Assembly: GCA_964436045.1 (NCBI GenBank)
Contig: CAYTBN010000021.1
Coordinates: forward strand, 7,642 to 71,641
Origin: an uncultured Rickettsiales bacterium
GTDB taxonomy: Bacteria > Myxococcota_A > UBA796 > UBA9615 > CAYRNR01
Direction: 5' to 3'
Length of the DNA stretch: 64,000 nt
The notes under the pieces are model-generated. The model ran no database searches and was not told the DNA's origin. It saw only the letters and a program-made list of their open reading frames with translations. Position numbers and translations under genes: made by a program. Position 1 is the stretch's first letter, and each line of letters begins with the position of its first letter. Shown piece by piece: positions 32,416 to 44,200 of the stretch.

Positions 32416-32793
32416 TTAGGGGTTCAGGTGGCAGGAGACACTTTCGGTGTCGAGGGACAGCTCGTACAGACGGGCCTCGTCGTCACACTCCTGCTCCCAC
32501 AGGGCCTTGTCCACGTCCCCGGCGAGGACCGCGTCCGCGTCCGCCTTGCAGGTCTCGGCGTACTCTTCGGCCCCACTGACACCGTAGCCGTCGGTCCACC
32601 ACTGCTGGGGATCGTCGTAGAGATCCCACCCCTCGGGCGGGGTCAGACCCTCGTTGAGTGCCGTTGCGGTGGCATCGATACAGGCCTCGAGATAGTCGGC
32701 CTTGGCATCGCACATGGCGTCACAAGGGGCCTGACAACCGGCCCACGCCACGAGCGCGAACACCGCGATCGACGCTATCAGCCAGTTCCGCAT
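32416..32793 (-). CDS. small Cys-rich putative lipoprotein (125 aa)
   Basis: MRNWLIASIAVFALVAWAGCQAP is a signal peptide with lipobox. Eight further Cys are present and composition is good. Confidence 0.6.
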   Translation of the reverse strand: MRNWLIASIAVFALVAWAGCQAPCDAMCDAKADYLEACIDATATALNEGLTPPEGWDLYDDPQQWWTDGYGVSGAEEYAETCKADADAVLAGDVDKALWEQECDDEARLYELSLDTESVSCHLNP

Positions 32794-32908
32794 CCGATTC
32801 CTCCCGCAACCCCTCGAAAGGGCTGGTATTTCAACGATTTCACACGCTTGCCGCGAAGTTGACCGAGGTTATACAATCCCTACGAGCATTTCCAGCAAAA
32901 TCTAGCCT

Positions 32909-32939
32909 AGTCTCCATCCCGAAATGCGGGATGGAGACT
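32909..32939. promoter_or_regulatory. perfect 13-bp inverted repeat with 5-bp spacer (AGTCTCCATCCCG-aaatg-CGGGATGGAGACT), a candidate dimeric transcription-factor operator
   Basis: Located in the ~300-bp lower-GC divergent intergenic region between the small lipoprotein gene (-) and the sensor kinase gene (+). No T-tract follows on the strand that would make it a terminator for either flanking gene. Confidence 0.35.
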
Positions 32940-33095
32940 GCGGAGTTCCCGAGGCCGGAATGCGTCATTTTTCGCGAGGTCAAGGAAGGCAAGGGATTCC
33001 GCGGAGACGTACTCGTGTACGTCGTACAAGGAAACCGGCGGCCTGACGCCGAGATCGCGGAAAAGGGCCGTTTCGGGACGGGAACTAGCCTATCC

Positions 33096-35828
<2,733 letters not shown>

Positions 35829-35855
35829 GCGACGGATAAGAATCGTGGCGGGATT

Positions 35856-35880
35856 GGAACCACAGGGATTCCGTGTTGTC
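35856..35880 (+). promoter_or_regulatory. candidate ECF-type promoter GGAAC-N16-TGTC immediately upstream of the ECF sigma gene
   Basis: GGAAC at 35856-35860, a 16-nt spacer and TGTCA at 35877-35881 lie 7 nt before the ATG at 35888. ECF sigma genes are commonly autoregulated from a -35 GGAAC / -10 GTC-type promoter. Confidence 0.3.
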
Positions 35881-35887
35881 AGTACCG

Positions 35888-36517
35888 ATGGACAGTAAAG
35901 CGACCGACGACCCCCGGACATGGGCCGACGGGGAGCTGATCCGACGGTACCTCGAGACGGAGGACCGCGGGCTCTTCGCCGTGCTCGTCCGGCGTCACCA
36001 GGACAAGGTGTACGCCATGTGCACCCGCATCCTGGGGTCGCCAACGCTGGCCGAGGAGGTGGCCCAGGATGTGTTCGTCGCGGTGTTCAAGAACCTGCAT
36101 CGCTTTCGCGGTGACTCCAGGTTCTCCACCTGGCTCTACCGGGTGGTGGTCAACCACTGCAAGAACAAGCAGGCCTATCGCTACCGCCGCAGGGAGAAGC
36201 AGCACGAGTCCCTGGATCAACCGAAGGAACTGGAGGGCGGCGAGGTGAAACGCGAGCTGCCCAGCTCGAACCCCGGTCCGGAGAAGGCGGCGCTGGCCCG
36301 CGAGCGGCAGCGGATCCTCCATGCCGGGCTCGCCGAGTTGAGCGAGGAGCAGCGGACGATCATCGTGATGCGCGATCTCAACGGACTGCCCTACGACGAG
36401 ATCGCCGAGACCCTGGGGGTGGCCCAGGGCACGGTGAAGTCGCGGTTGCACCGGGCGCGCGGAGAACTCAAGAACCGGGTGGGCCGACTGCTCATGTCGC
36501 TGGAGCCGGCAGGATGA
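35888..36517 (+). CDS. ECF (sigma-70 family, group 4) RNA polymerase sigma factor
   Basis: Region 2 (…FAVLVRRHQDKVYAMCTRILG…WLYRVVVNHCKN…) and region 4 (…TIIVMRDLNGLPYDEIAETLGVAQGTVKSRLHRAR…) are present. An alternative GTG start at 35873 would sit inside the putative promoter. Confidence 0.9.
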   Translation: MDSKATDDPRTWADGELIRRYLETEDRGLFAVLVRRHQDKVYAMCTRILGSPTLAEEVAQDVFVAVFKNLHRFRGDSRFSTWLYRVVVNHCKNKQAYRYRRREKQHESLDQPKELEGGEVKRELPSSNPGPEKAALARERQRILHAGLAELSEEQRTIIVMRDLNGLPYDEIAETLGVAQGTVKSRLHRARGELKNRVGRLLMSLEPAG

Positions 36518-38322
36518 GTCACGAGGCGATCCAGGAACTGCTGTCGAGTTACCTCGACGGGGATCTGTCCGCCGACGAGCGTGGGCAGGTCGACGAGCAC
36601 CTGGCGACCTGCGAGGCGTGCCAGCAGGAGCTGGCGCTGTTGCGGGCGACCCTCGATGCCCTCCACGGCTTGCCCGAGCTCACCGCCCCCGCCGGTTTCG
36701 CCGACGCGGTGATGGACCGAGTCCTGGCCGAAGCGCCCACCGTGGGGGCCACCGTCGTGCCCCTCCGCCGCCGGCTGCCCGTGCTGCTGATGGCGGCGCC
36801 TGCCGCGCTGGCGGCCGCGGCGGTCTTGATGGTGGGCATGGTCTGGTGGCTGGCGCCCCGCTACCAGGCGGGCGAGCCGGGGGTCGTCGCGTCCCGCGGC
36901 GACGCCGCCGAGCAAGAGGAGAAGGCCGCGGCCTCCGGCTGGTCGTTCGAGTCGGCCGACGGGGACGCCGCCGCCGACGCCCCCGCCGCCGAGCCCGAAG
37001 AGATCGGCAACGAGGCCGACGTCCTGCGCCGCGCCCGGGAAAAGCAGGAGCTGGGCCCCCCCGAGGCCGCGCTGGCGGCCGCGGAGGTGATGCCGGCCCC
37101 CGTCGAGGCGGAGCCGCGGCTCGCAGAGCGGGAGTCGGCCAGCACCGAGGCGCTGGAGAGCGGGCTGGGCGGCGTGTCCAGCGGCGGCCTCGCGACGGGC
37201 TCGGCCCGGGGACGGGGTGGGGCAGGGAGCGCGGCGGCGCCGACCGGGGCGGCCGGGGCCAAGGACAGCCGCTTCGTGCCCTGGGAGGAGAGCAGCGGCG
37301 CCGACATGGACGGCCTGGCCGACGTGCCCGCGGCGCCTACCGCCACCGAGCGGCAGCAGCTGACCGGCGGCGAGATCCTCGGCGGTGACGGGTTCTACAA
37401 GGACATCGGGGGCGCTGACGGTGGTTCCGACCCGCGGGTCGGTACCGAGAAGCCGCGTGACGAGGTGGCGACGGCCGCGCCTGCGGCCGACCCCGGGCCC
37501 CCCGAGAGCGCCGGCTTCTCCCCGATTCCCGAGGTCACCGTCGAACCGGACGAGCTGGGCGCGGCCATGGACGGGATCGTCGACACGAGCGCCGCGGTGT
37601 CGGAGGACGAGGGCAACGCCGACCGGTACCGCACGTACGCCGACGAGGAGGACGACGGGGAGTACAGCCGCTACGACCAGGATGACGGCGACTTCCGCGC
37701 GGAGGAGGAGACCGAGGAGGCCGAACGCGCGGTGGAGGTGATCAGCGAAGAACGCGAGGCGCGCAAGGCCCGCGCCGAGAGCGTGTCGCGGAGCTCCGGT
37801 CGCCGTTCGGCCGACAAACGCGACGAGCGGCGGGGCGGGGGGCCTGGCAAGGCCAAGAAGACCGCCGAGGCGCCCGCTGCCGAGGACGCCGAGTTCGCCC
37901 CCGAGCCCATGGTCGAGGACGAGGTCGACGCGCTCGCCTCCACGCCGGCCCGGGACAGTGTGGCCCAGGCCGGAGAGATGGCCGACTGCGGTGCGGACGC
38001 CGACGCCGACGCCTGCTCCAGCGGTAGCGCTCGATGGACCCTGCAGACCACCAACGACCAGGTGCTGGCGCAGCTGGATACCCTGTGTGACGGTACCACC
38101 GCCGTCAGCTGCCGGTTCGTGGCCGGCGGCACAGGCGCGGCCGCGACGGGCGACGATGCCAGCGATCCGGTGGTCACCATCGAACTGTCCCGCGGGGCCT
38201 ACGATTCGTGGAAGCAGGCCCTGGGCCGGCTGGGTGCCCTCGACGTTCGCGCCGAGAGCCTCGGCGGGCTGGGGGACGACGCCCCGGTGATCCTCTCGCT
38301 CACCATCCAGGTTCGTCCCTAG
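36514..38322 (+). CDS. membrane-spanning anti-sigma factor (zf-HC2 / RskA-like N-terminal domain) with a long acidic, low-complexity extracytoplasmic region
   Basis: ATGA overlap with the sigma gene. N-terminus LSSYLDGDLSADERGQVDEHLATCEACQQELALLRA is an HxxxCxxC anti-sigma zinc finger. It is followed by TM helix LLMAAPAALAAAAVLMVGMVWWL. Confidence 0.8.
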   Translation: MSHEAIQELLSSYLDGDLSADERGQVDEHLATCEACQQELALLRATLDALHGLPELTAPAGFADAVMDRVLAEAPTVGATVVPLRRRLPVLLMAAPAALAAAAVLMVGMVWWLAPRYQAGEPGVVASRGDAAEQEEKAAASGWSFESADGDAAADAPAAEPEEIGNEADVLRRAREKQELGPPEAALAAAEVMPAPVEAEPRLAERESASTEALESGLGGVSSGGLATGSARGRGGAGSAAAPTGAAGAKDSRFVPWEESSGADMDGLADVPAAPTATERQQLTGGEILGGDGFYKDIGGADGGSDPRVGTEKPRDEVATAAPAADPGPPESAGFSPIPEVTVEPDELGAAMDGIVDTSAAVSEDEGNADRYRTYADEEDDGEYSRYDQDDGDFRAEEETEEAERAVEVISEEREARKARAESVSRSSGRRSADKRDERRGGGPGKAKKTAEAPAAEDAEFAPEPMVEDEVDALASTPARDSVAQAGEMADCGADADADACSSGSARWTLQTTNDQVLAQLDTLCDGTTAVSCRFVAGGTGAAATGDDASDPVVTIELSRGAYDSWKQALGRLGALDVRAESLGGLGDDAPVILSLTIQVRP

Positions 38323-38402
38323 CCCGCATGTCCCCCACCGCGCTAGATCCCCCGCTGGAACAAAGCCATCGCGCGCGTGTCGAACGGTGCGGAGGAGGAG
38401 TC

Positions 38403-40760
38403 ATGGTCCACGTCCGAACAGCCTCTCTGGCGTCCCCGTCCCCCATCGCCGTGGTGGCGCTCGCCGCTGCGGTCCTGCTGGCCGCCCTGGGCGCCGGCAG
38501 CGCCTCGGCCCAGGGATTCCTGGTGCCCCCCACCGACCAGCCGCGGACCACGTTCTCGCTGGAGTCCCAGCGCGTGCTGATCGCGGTCGACGAGGGGGTG
38601 GCGTCGTACCAGGTGGATCAGGTGTTCCGCAACAACACCGATTCCCAGCTGGAGGCGACCTTCTACTTCCCCCTTCCCGAGGACGCGAGCCTCTCCGAGT
38701 TCTCGATGTGGATCAACGGCAAGAAGACCAAGGGTGAGCTCCTGGAGCGGGAGCAGGCGGTGCAGGTCTACGAGGAGATCGTCCGGCGAATGGTCGATCC
38801 GGGGATCCTCGAGTACGTGGGCAAGGACCTGATCAAGGCGCGGATCTTTCCCATCCCGGCCCGGGGTACGCAGCAGGTGCAGGTCATCTTCGAATCCCTG
38901 GTGGAGGTGGACGGACAGCTGGCCGAGGTCCGCTACCCCCTCAAGGCGCCCCGGTCGCTCTCCGGGACCACCAGCGACCTGACGGTCAAGGCCGAGATCC
39001 ACAGCAGCATCCCGATCCGCACCGTCTACTCGCCGACCCACGAGGTCGACGTGGTGCCCCAGGGGGAAACGACGCTGGCGGGATTCGAGCAGAGCGGCGC
39101 CCGCTTCGACCGGGATTTCTCGCTCTACTACACCCTGTCGCGGGAGCCGGTGGGGGTCAGCCTGTTGACCTACCGGGTCCGTGGCGAGGACGGCTACTTC
39201 TTGATGATGGCGTCGCCGGGTGAGGAGGACGTGGCGCCCCTGCCCAAGGACATCACCTTCGTGTTCGACACCTCCGGCAGCATGGCCGGCGAGAAGATCC
39301 AGGGCGCCCGTGACGCCCTGCGCTTCTGCCTGCAATCCCTGTCGCCGGAGGACCGCTTCAACGTGGTGCGGTTCTCCACCGGCGTCGAGCCCTTCTCGGG
39401 CCAGCTGCTGGCCGCGTCCCCGGACAACGTCGGCCGCGCCCTGCAGTTCGCCGAGGGCCTGGAGGCGTTGGGGGGGACCAATATCGGCGAGGCGCTCGAT
39501 GTGGCCCTCGACCATCCGGTGGATAGCAGCCGGCCCTACTACATCGTGTTCATGACCGACGGGTTGCCCACGGTGGGTGTGACCAGCGCCGACGCGATCC
39601 TGTCCCGGGTCGCCGATCGTACGGTGGCCAGCGGCGGAAAGACCCGGTTCTTCACCTTCGGCGTGGGCTACGACGTGAACACCGACCTGCTCGACACCCT
39701 GGCCAGCGACAACCGCGGCATGGCCGAATACCTGGCTCCCGAGGAGGACCTGGAGGTCAAGATCAGCTCGTTCTTCCGCAAGGTCTCCCGGCCCGTGCTG
39801 GCCGACGTCACGCTGGAACTGGGGGGGGCGTTGGCCTACGACGTGTACCCGAGGCAGCTGCCCGACCTGTTCAGCGGCAGCCAGTTGATCGTGATGGGGC
39901 GGTACAAGGGTAGCGGCTCCCACAAGGTGACCCTGGCCGGTGGCTCGGGGGGCGACGCCCGCGCCTTTGCCACCACCGTGACCTTCGAGCAGGAGCGGGT
40001 GGATCGGGCGTTCATCCCGCGGATGTGGGCCAGCCGCAAGGTGGGCTTCCTGCTGGACGAGATGCGGCGCAACGGCGAACAGCAAGAGCTGGTCGACGAG
40101 GTGATCCAGCTGTCCAAGCGCTTCGGCATCATGACGCCCTACACCTCGTTCCTGGTGGTGGAGGACACTCCGGTCGCCGGCCTGACGCCGCCCACGGATG
40201 GGCCGATGGTCGCGGTCCCGACCGGCAGCACCTGGAGCACCGGGGGGGAGATGGACTTCGACGGGGCGGCGGGCTTCGATGCCGCCGACGAGATTCTGTT
40301 GCGCGAGTCCGAGGAGGAGTCGCGCATGGACCCGCCGCGCAGTCGAGGCAGCGGTCGCAGCGGGGGTGGCGCGGCCCGCAAGGCTGCCCGCGAGTCCCTG
40401 AGCATGCAGGGATTCGGGTCGAGCTCCGGTGAGGCGGCGGTGCGGACCAGCCAGGCCATCGGCGGTCTGAAATCCAAGGACAAGGCCGACGACGACACCC
40501 TCAGCCAGGTCGTGCGGGACAAGGTGTTCCACTACCGGGGTGGCGCCTGGGTCGACGAGTCGTATGACACATCGATGCGCACGCTGTCGGTCCGCTACCT
40601 GTCCGATGGTTACTTCGCCTTGCTGCGGATCCGGCCGGAGCTGGCCCAGTACGTGAGCCTGGGCGAGGCGGTGACCGTGGTGGTCGGCGGCAAGGCGGTG
40701 GTGATCACCGCCAGCGGCGACGATCCGTCGGAAGCCGACATCCGCGCCTTCCTGTGTTGA
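38403..40760 (+). CDS. secreted VIT (vault/inter-alpha-trypsin) + von Willebrand factor A domain protein
   Basis: Signal peptide MVHVRTASLASPSPIAVVALAAAVLLAALGAGSASAQ. VIT-like region …ATFYFPLPEDASLSEFSMWINGK…. vWA MIDAS motif ITFVFDTSGSMAGEKI…. Confidence 0.85.
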   Translation: MVHVRTASLASPSPIAVVALAAAVLLAALGAGSASAQGFLVPPTDQPRTTFSLESQRVLIAVDEGVASYQVDQVFRNNTDSQLEATFYFPLPEDASLSEFSMWINGKKTKGELLEREQAVQVYEEIVRRMVDPGILEYVGKDLIKARIFPIPARGTQQVQVIFESLVEVDGQLAEVRYPLKAPRSLSGTTSDLTVKAEIHSSIPIRTVYSPTHEVDVVPQGETTLAGFEQSGARFDRDFSLYYTLSREPVGVSLLTYRVRGEDGYFLMMASPGEEDVAPLPKDITFVFDTSGSMAGEKIQGARDALRFCLQSLSPEDRFNVVRFSTGVEPFSGQLLAASPDNVGRALQFAEGLEALGGTNIGEALDVALDHPVDSSRPYYIVFMTDGLPTVGVTSADAILSRVADRTVASGGKTRFFTFGVGYDVNTDLLDTLASDNRGMAEYLAPEEDLEVKISSFFRKVSRPVLADVTLELGGALAYDVYPRQLPDLFSGSQLIVMGRYKGSGSHKVTLAGGSGGDARAFATTVTFEQERVDRAFIPRMWASRKVGFLLDEMRRNGEQQELVDEVIQLSKRFGIMTPYTSFLVVEDTPVAGLTPPTDGPMVAVPTGSTWSTGGEMDFDGAAGFDAADEILLRESEEESRMDPPRSRGSGRSGGGAARKAARESLSMQGFGSSSGEAAVRTSQAIGGLKSKDKADDDTLSQVVRDKVFHYRGGAWVDESYDTSMRTLSVRYLSDGYFALLRIRPELAQYVSLGEAVTVVVGGKAVVITASGDDPSEADIRAFLC

Positions 40761-40778
40761 TTCCGGCCGGAAGAAAAT

Positions 40779-40808
40779 GGGGCCGGACTGCACGTGCAGT
40801 CCGGCCCC
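40779..40808 (-). terminator. 30-nt perfect palindrome GGGGCCGGACTGCACGTGCAGTCCGGCCCC, a putative intrinsic (possibly bidirectional) terminator
   Basis: A GC-rich 12-15 bp stem lies between the convergent gene ends at 40760 (+) and 40841 (-). On the minus strand it is followed by ATTTTCTTCC. A second 12-bp palindrome TTCCGGCCGGAA sits at 40761-40772. Confidence 0.5.
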
Positions 40809-40840
40809 GAGCGGCCCCTAGCTGTCCCTCTCGCGATGCG

Positions 40841-41119
40841 TTACAGCAGCTTGAGCAGCTCCTGCTCCAGGACGCTGCGGATCAACGGCCGCGCGTGGTT
40901 CATGATGGCCCTCGGCTGACCCCGTCGCGGGAACGGATTCAGCAGGATCTTGTCCAGTGCCGTGGCAAAACCGGCCGCCGTCGCCTGGATCACAACGCCG
41001 GTGTCGACGCTGCGCATCTTCCTCCGCCACTCGGGCGAATCGGCGTACAGCTTCTCGAATACCACCTCGATACCCGACAGGATCGCTCTCTCGAGGACTT
41101 CGATCTCCTCCTGTCTCAT
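40841..41119 (-). CDS. small hypothetical protein (92 aa)
   Basis: ATG at 41117-41119 has a strong SD (GAGGTGAGGGG) 4-8 nt upstream. Composition is balanced and non-Arg-rich. A terminator-like palindrome lies downstream. Confidence 0.55.
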   Translation of the reverse strand: MRQEEIEVLERAILSGIEVVFEKLYADSPEWRRKMRSVDTGVVIQATAAGFATALDKILLNPFPRRGQPRAIMNHARPLIRSVLEQELLKLL

Positions 41120-41218
41120 CCCCTCACCTCAGTCACCTGTCTCGGACTGTGCCATCCCTGAGCCCCAGTCTATCAAATGTCAACGGAAGGGAAAGAGTCC
41201 TTTGCGGTCGGGGGTTCT

Positions 41219-44200
41219 TCAGGCGGGGGATCGCCGGAATCCCAGCCAGCCGAGCCAGCCCAGGAACGCGAGCGCCGCCAGGTTGAGGACGGTGTCGATT
41301 CCGCTCTGATCCCGCGACCTTTCTCCGCTGGCAGCGACCCGTCGCCAGGCCGACGGCAGCGCGGGATCCGGCGCCTCCATGTGGCCGATCGCGTCGGCCA
41401 GGGCCAGTGCGGTTGCCCGGACCACCGGCTGCCCGCGGGCGGCTAGCGCTGCCGCCGGACCCGCCTGGCCCATGGGGGCCTCGCCGGGGGCGGGCCCGGC
41501 CAGCAGGACCTGGGCGTCGAGGGTGGCCAGCGGCTCGGGCTGTCCGGGGTAGGTGCCTGCCGGGATCCTGCCCGGCAGCAGGAAGGGTAGGGCAGTGGCA
41601 CGGGGCGGGGTCAACCACCCGTCGAGTCCCGCGAGCACGAGTCCGCCGTCCCGCAGCGCACGGGTCACGGCGGTGTCACCCGGGGTGGCGGTCAGGATCA
41701 CCGCGTCCAGGCCACCTTCGGACAGAGTGGACAGCAGCTCCCCGGCGGAGCGGCTCGCGCTGGCGACCAGCCCGGCGGCGGCCAGCATGTCCTCGGCGAT
41801 GCGAGCCCGGCCGCCCCCGGCGGGAATCCCGATCCGTCCGGCGAGGGGATCGGTCCCCACCTCGGCGCTGCGGCGCAGCACGTGGACGCTTCGGTTTCCG
41901 ACCACGGCCACCGCCTCGATCCCCTCCTCACGGTGCACGCCACCGTCGCCGTCGCGGCGGAAGAATCGCTCTGCGCCGAGCACGGCCAGCCGGGCTTCCC
42001 CCCCCTGGACCGCGGCGAGGGGATCGAGGGTGGGCAGCTGCCGGACGCTGCGGCGGGGGTAGACGGTCCGCATCGCGCGCAGGCCCGACGTGGCCATGTC
42101 GTCCAGATCGTCTTCGGTGTGCACGGCCAGGAACAGCGCCCGTTCGGACACCATCGCGCTTTCTGCGGGGGTCAGCAGCCCTTGCTCCGTCAGGAAGTCG
42201 CGGGCGATCACATCGACGGCCCGCCCCTCCTCCTGGGCGGCGAAGTTCAGCTCGCGCATGGCCTGGTTGGACACCCTGCCCGACAGGGGGGCCAGCACGT
42301 CGAGCAGCTCACCGTGGCGGGTCAACGTATCCCGCCGCACCAGGATCGCGGCCTCGTACGGCGGGAAGAAGTCCAGCGGATCGTCCAGCGCGATCATGCG
42401 TCCGTCGGTCATCACTCCATCGGTGGCGTAGAGCACTGCCACGTCGGCGTGACCCACCAGCAACGCCTGTAGCCGTGCAGCCGGGCTCTCCCGGACCAGC
42501 GGGTCGGCTTCGGCCCGCAACCCGTAGCGGCGGCAGAGGGCCGGCAGCCCGTCGGCGGATCTACGCAAGTACTCACCCGGGCTGGTCACCTTCAGCGGCG
42601 GATCGATCAGGGCCAGGTCGGCGATGGAACGCACCTGCATGGCCAGCGCCCGATCCGAGCGCATCGCCAGCAGGTAGCCGTTGTCCAGGCCCAGGGGTTC
42701 GAGCCACTCCAGATCCCAGGTCTGGTAGAGCTCCCGTGCCCGGTCCACGCCCGCGTCCCCGCGCCGGAGATCCTCGCCGGCGAACAACAGGGCCGTCCCC
42801 GAGTACTCGATCATCAGGTCGATCTCGCCGCCGCGGAGGGCCGCCTGGCAGCCGTAGGTGTCCCCGCACTCCACCACGGGCTCCACCGGGATCTGGGCCT
42901 GCTCGCACAGCTGGTGGACCATCCCTCCGAGGATCTCCTGCTCCGCGAACGACTTGACGCCGATCCGGACTGGCGCCACATCACCGCCGCAGCCCTGCAG
43001 CAGCAAGGGCGCGAGCAGCACCAGCAGCGTCGCCCCCGTCCGTCCGGGCGCCGTTTCTGGCGGTCGCCGCGGGATCTTCTCCTCCCCCAGCGCGCGCAGC
43101 AGGGCCACCACCTGCAGCAGCATCACGAAGGTGAACGGCACAGCGCCGGTGACCACCACCGCCTTGAGGACCTCGATGTTGCCGGTCAGCATCAACGCCG
43201 CGCCAAGCGCCGCGATCACCACTCCCCAGAGGATCTTGCGACGGGTCGGTGGAACCAGCGCTCCGCCGCTGGTCAGCATCCCCAGGACGTAGGTCGCGCT
43301 GTCGCAGCTGGTGACCAGGAAGATGAAGAGCAGGCCCAGGGTCACGCCCGACAACAGCGCTGTCAGGGGTACTCGCTCGTACAGGGCGAACAGGGCGGTG
43401 GTCACGTCCTCGGAGACCAGGTCGGCCACTCCGCCGGACCCATACAATTCCTCGTGGATGCCGATTCCGCCGAAGACGCCGAACCACAGCACCGACAGCA
43501 GCGTCGGGGCCAAGGTGACGCCGATGATGTACTCGCGGATGGTCCGTCCACGGCTGATCCGGGCGATGAACACCCCGACGAAGGGTGCCCAGGCGATCCA
43601 CCAGATGAAGTAGGTGAGCGTCCAGCTGCTCGTCCAGGCGTCCAGATCACGGAACGGGAACAGCCGCAACGACATCCGCGGCAGGGCAGCCACGTAGTCG
43701 CCAGCCGCGGTGACGCACACGTCCAGCAGGAACGAGGTGGGCCCCGCCAGCACCAGGAACACCACCAACACGACCGCGGTGGCCATGTTGATGTTGCTCA
43801 GCCACTTGATGCCCTTGTCCAGGCCGGTGGTGGCCGAGGCAGTGTAGGCCGCGAACAGGGCCAGCAGGATCAGCGTCGGGACCCAGAGCGAGCCGCTCGG
43901 TACACCGATCACCACGCCCAGGCCGGACTGGAGCTGGAAGATGCCCATGCCCACCGAGCCGGCCACACCAGCGGCGACTGCCAGGACCCCGATCAGGTCG
44001 GCGGTCGCCGCCACGGGCTTGACCCAGGCGCCGCGGAACACTGCGCGCAGGGGCGCGCCCGGCAGGTAGGGCTGGCCGCGCCGGAAGCCGAAATAGGCCA
44101 GCACCAGCCCGGCGATGGAGTACACGGCCCATGCGTGCAGCCCCCAGTGGAACATGGTCTGGACCATCGCCGCCCGCGCGGCGGACGGGGTCCCGCCAGG

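Noticed and set aside
38343-40793. 816-aa ORF on - strand
   Set aside because: It is antisense to the VIT-vWA gene.
41407-42957. 516-aa ORF on + strand, extremely Arg/Pro-rich
   Set aside because: It is antisense to the BCCT-SBP fusion gene.
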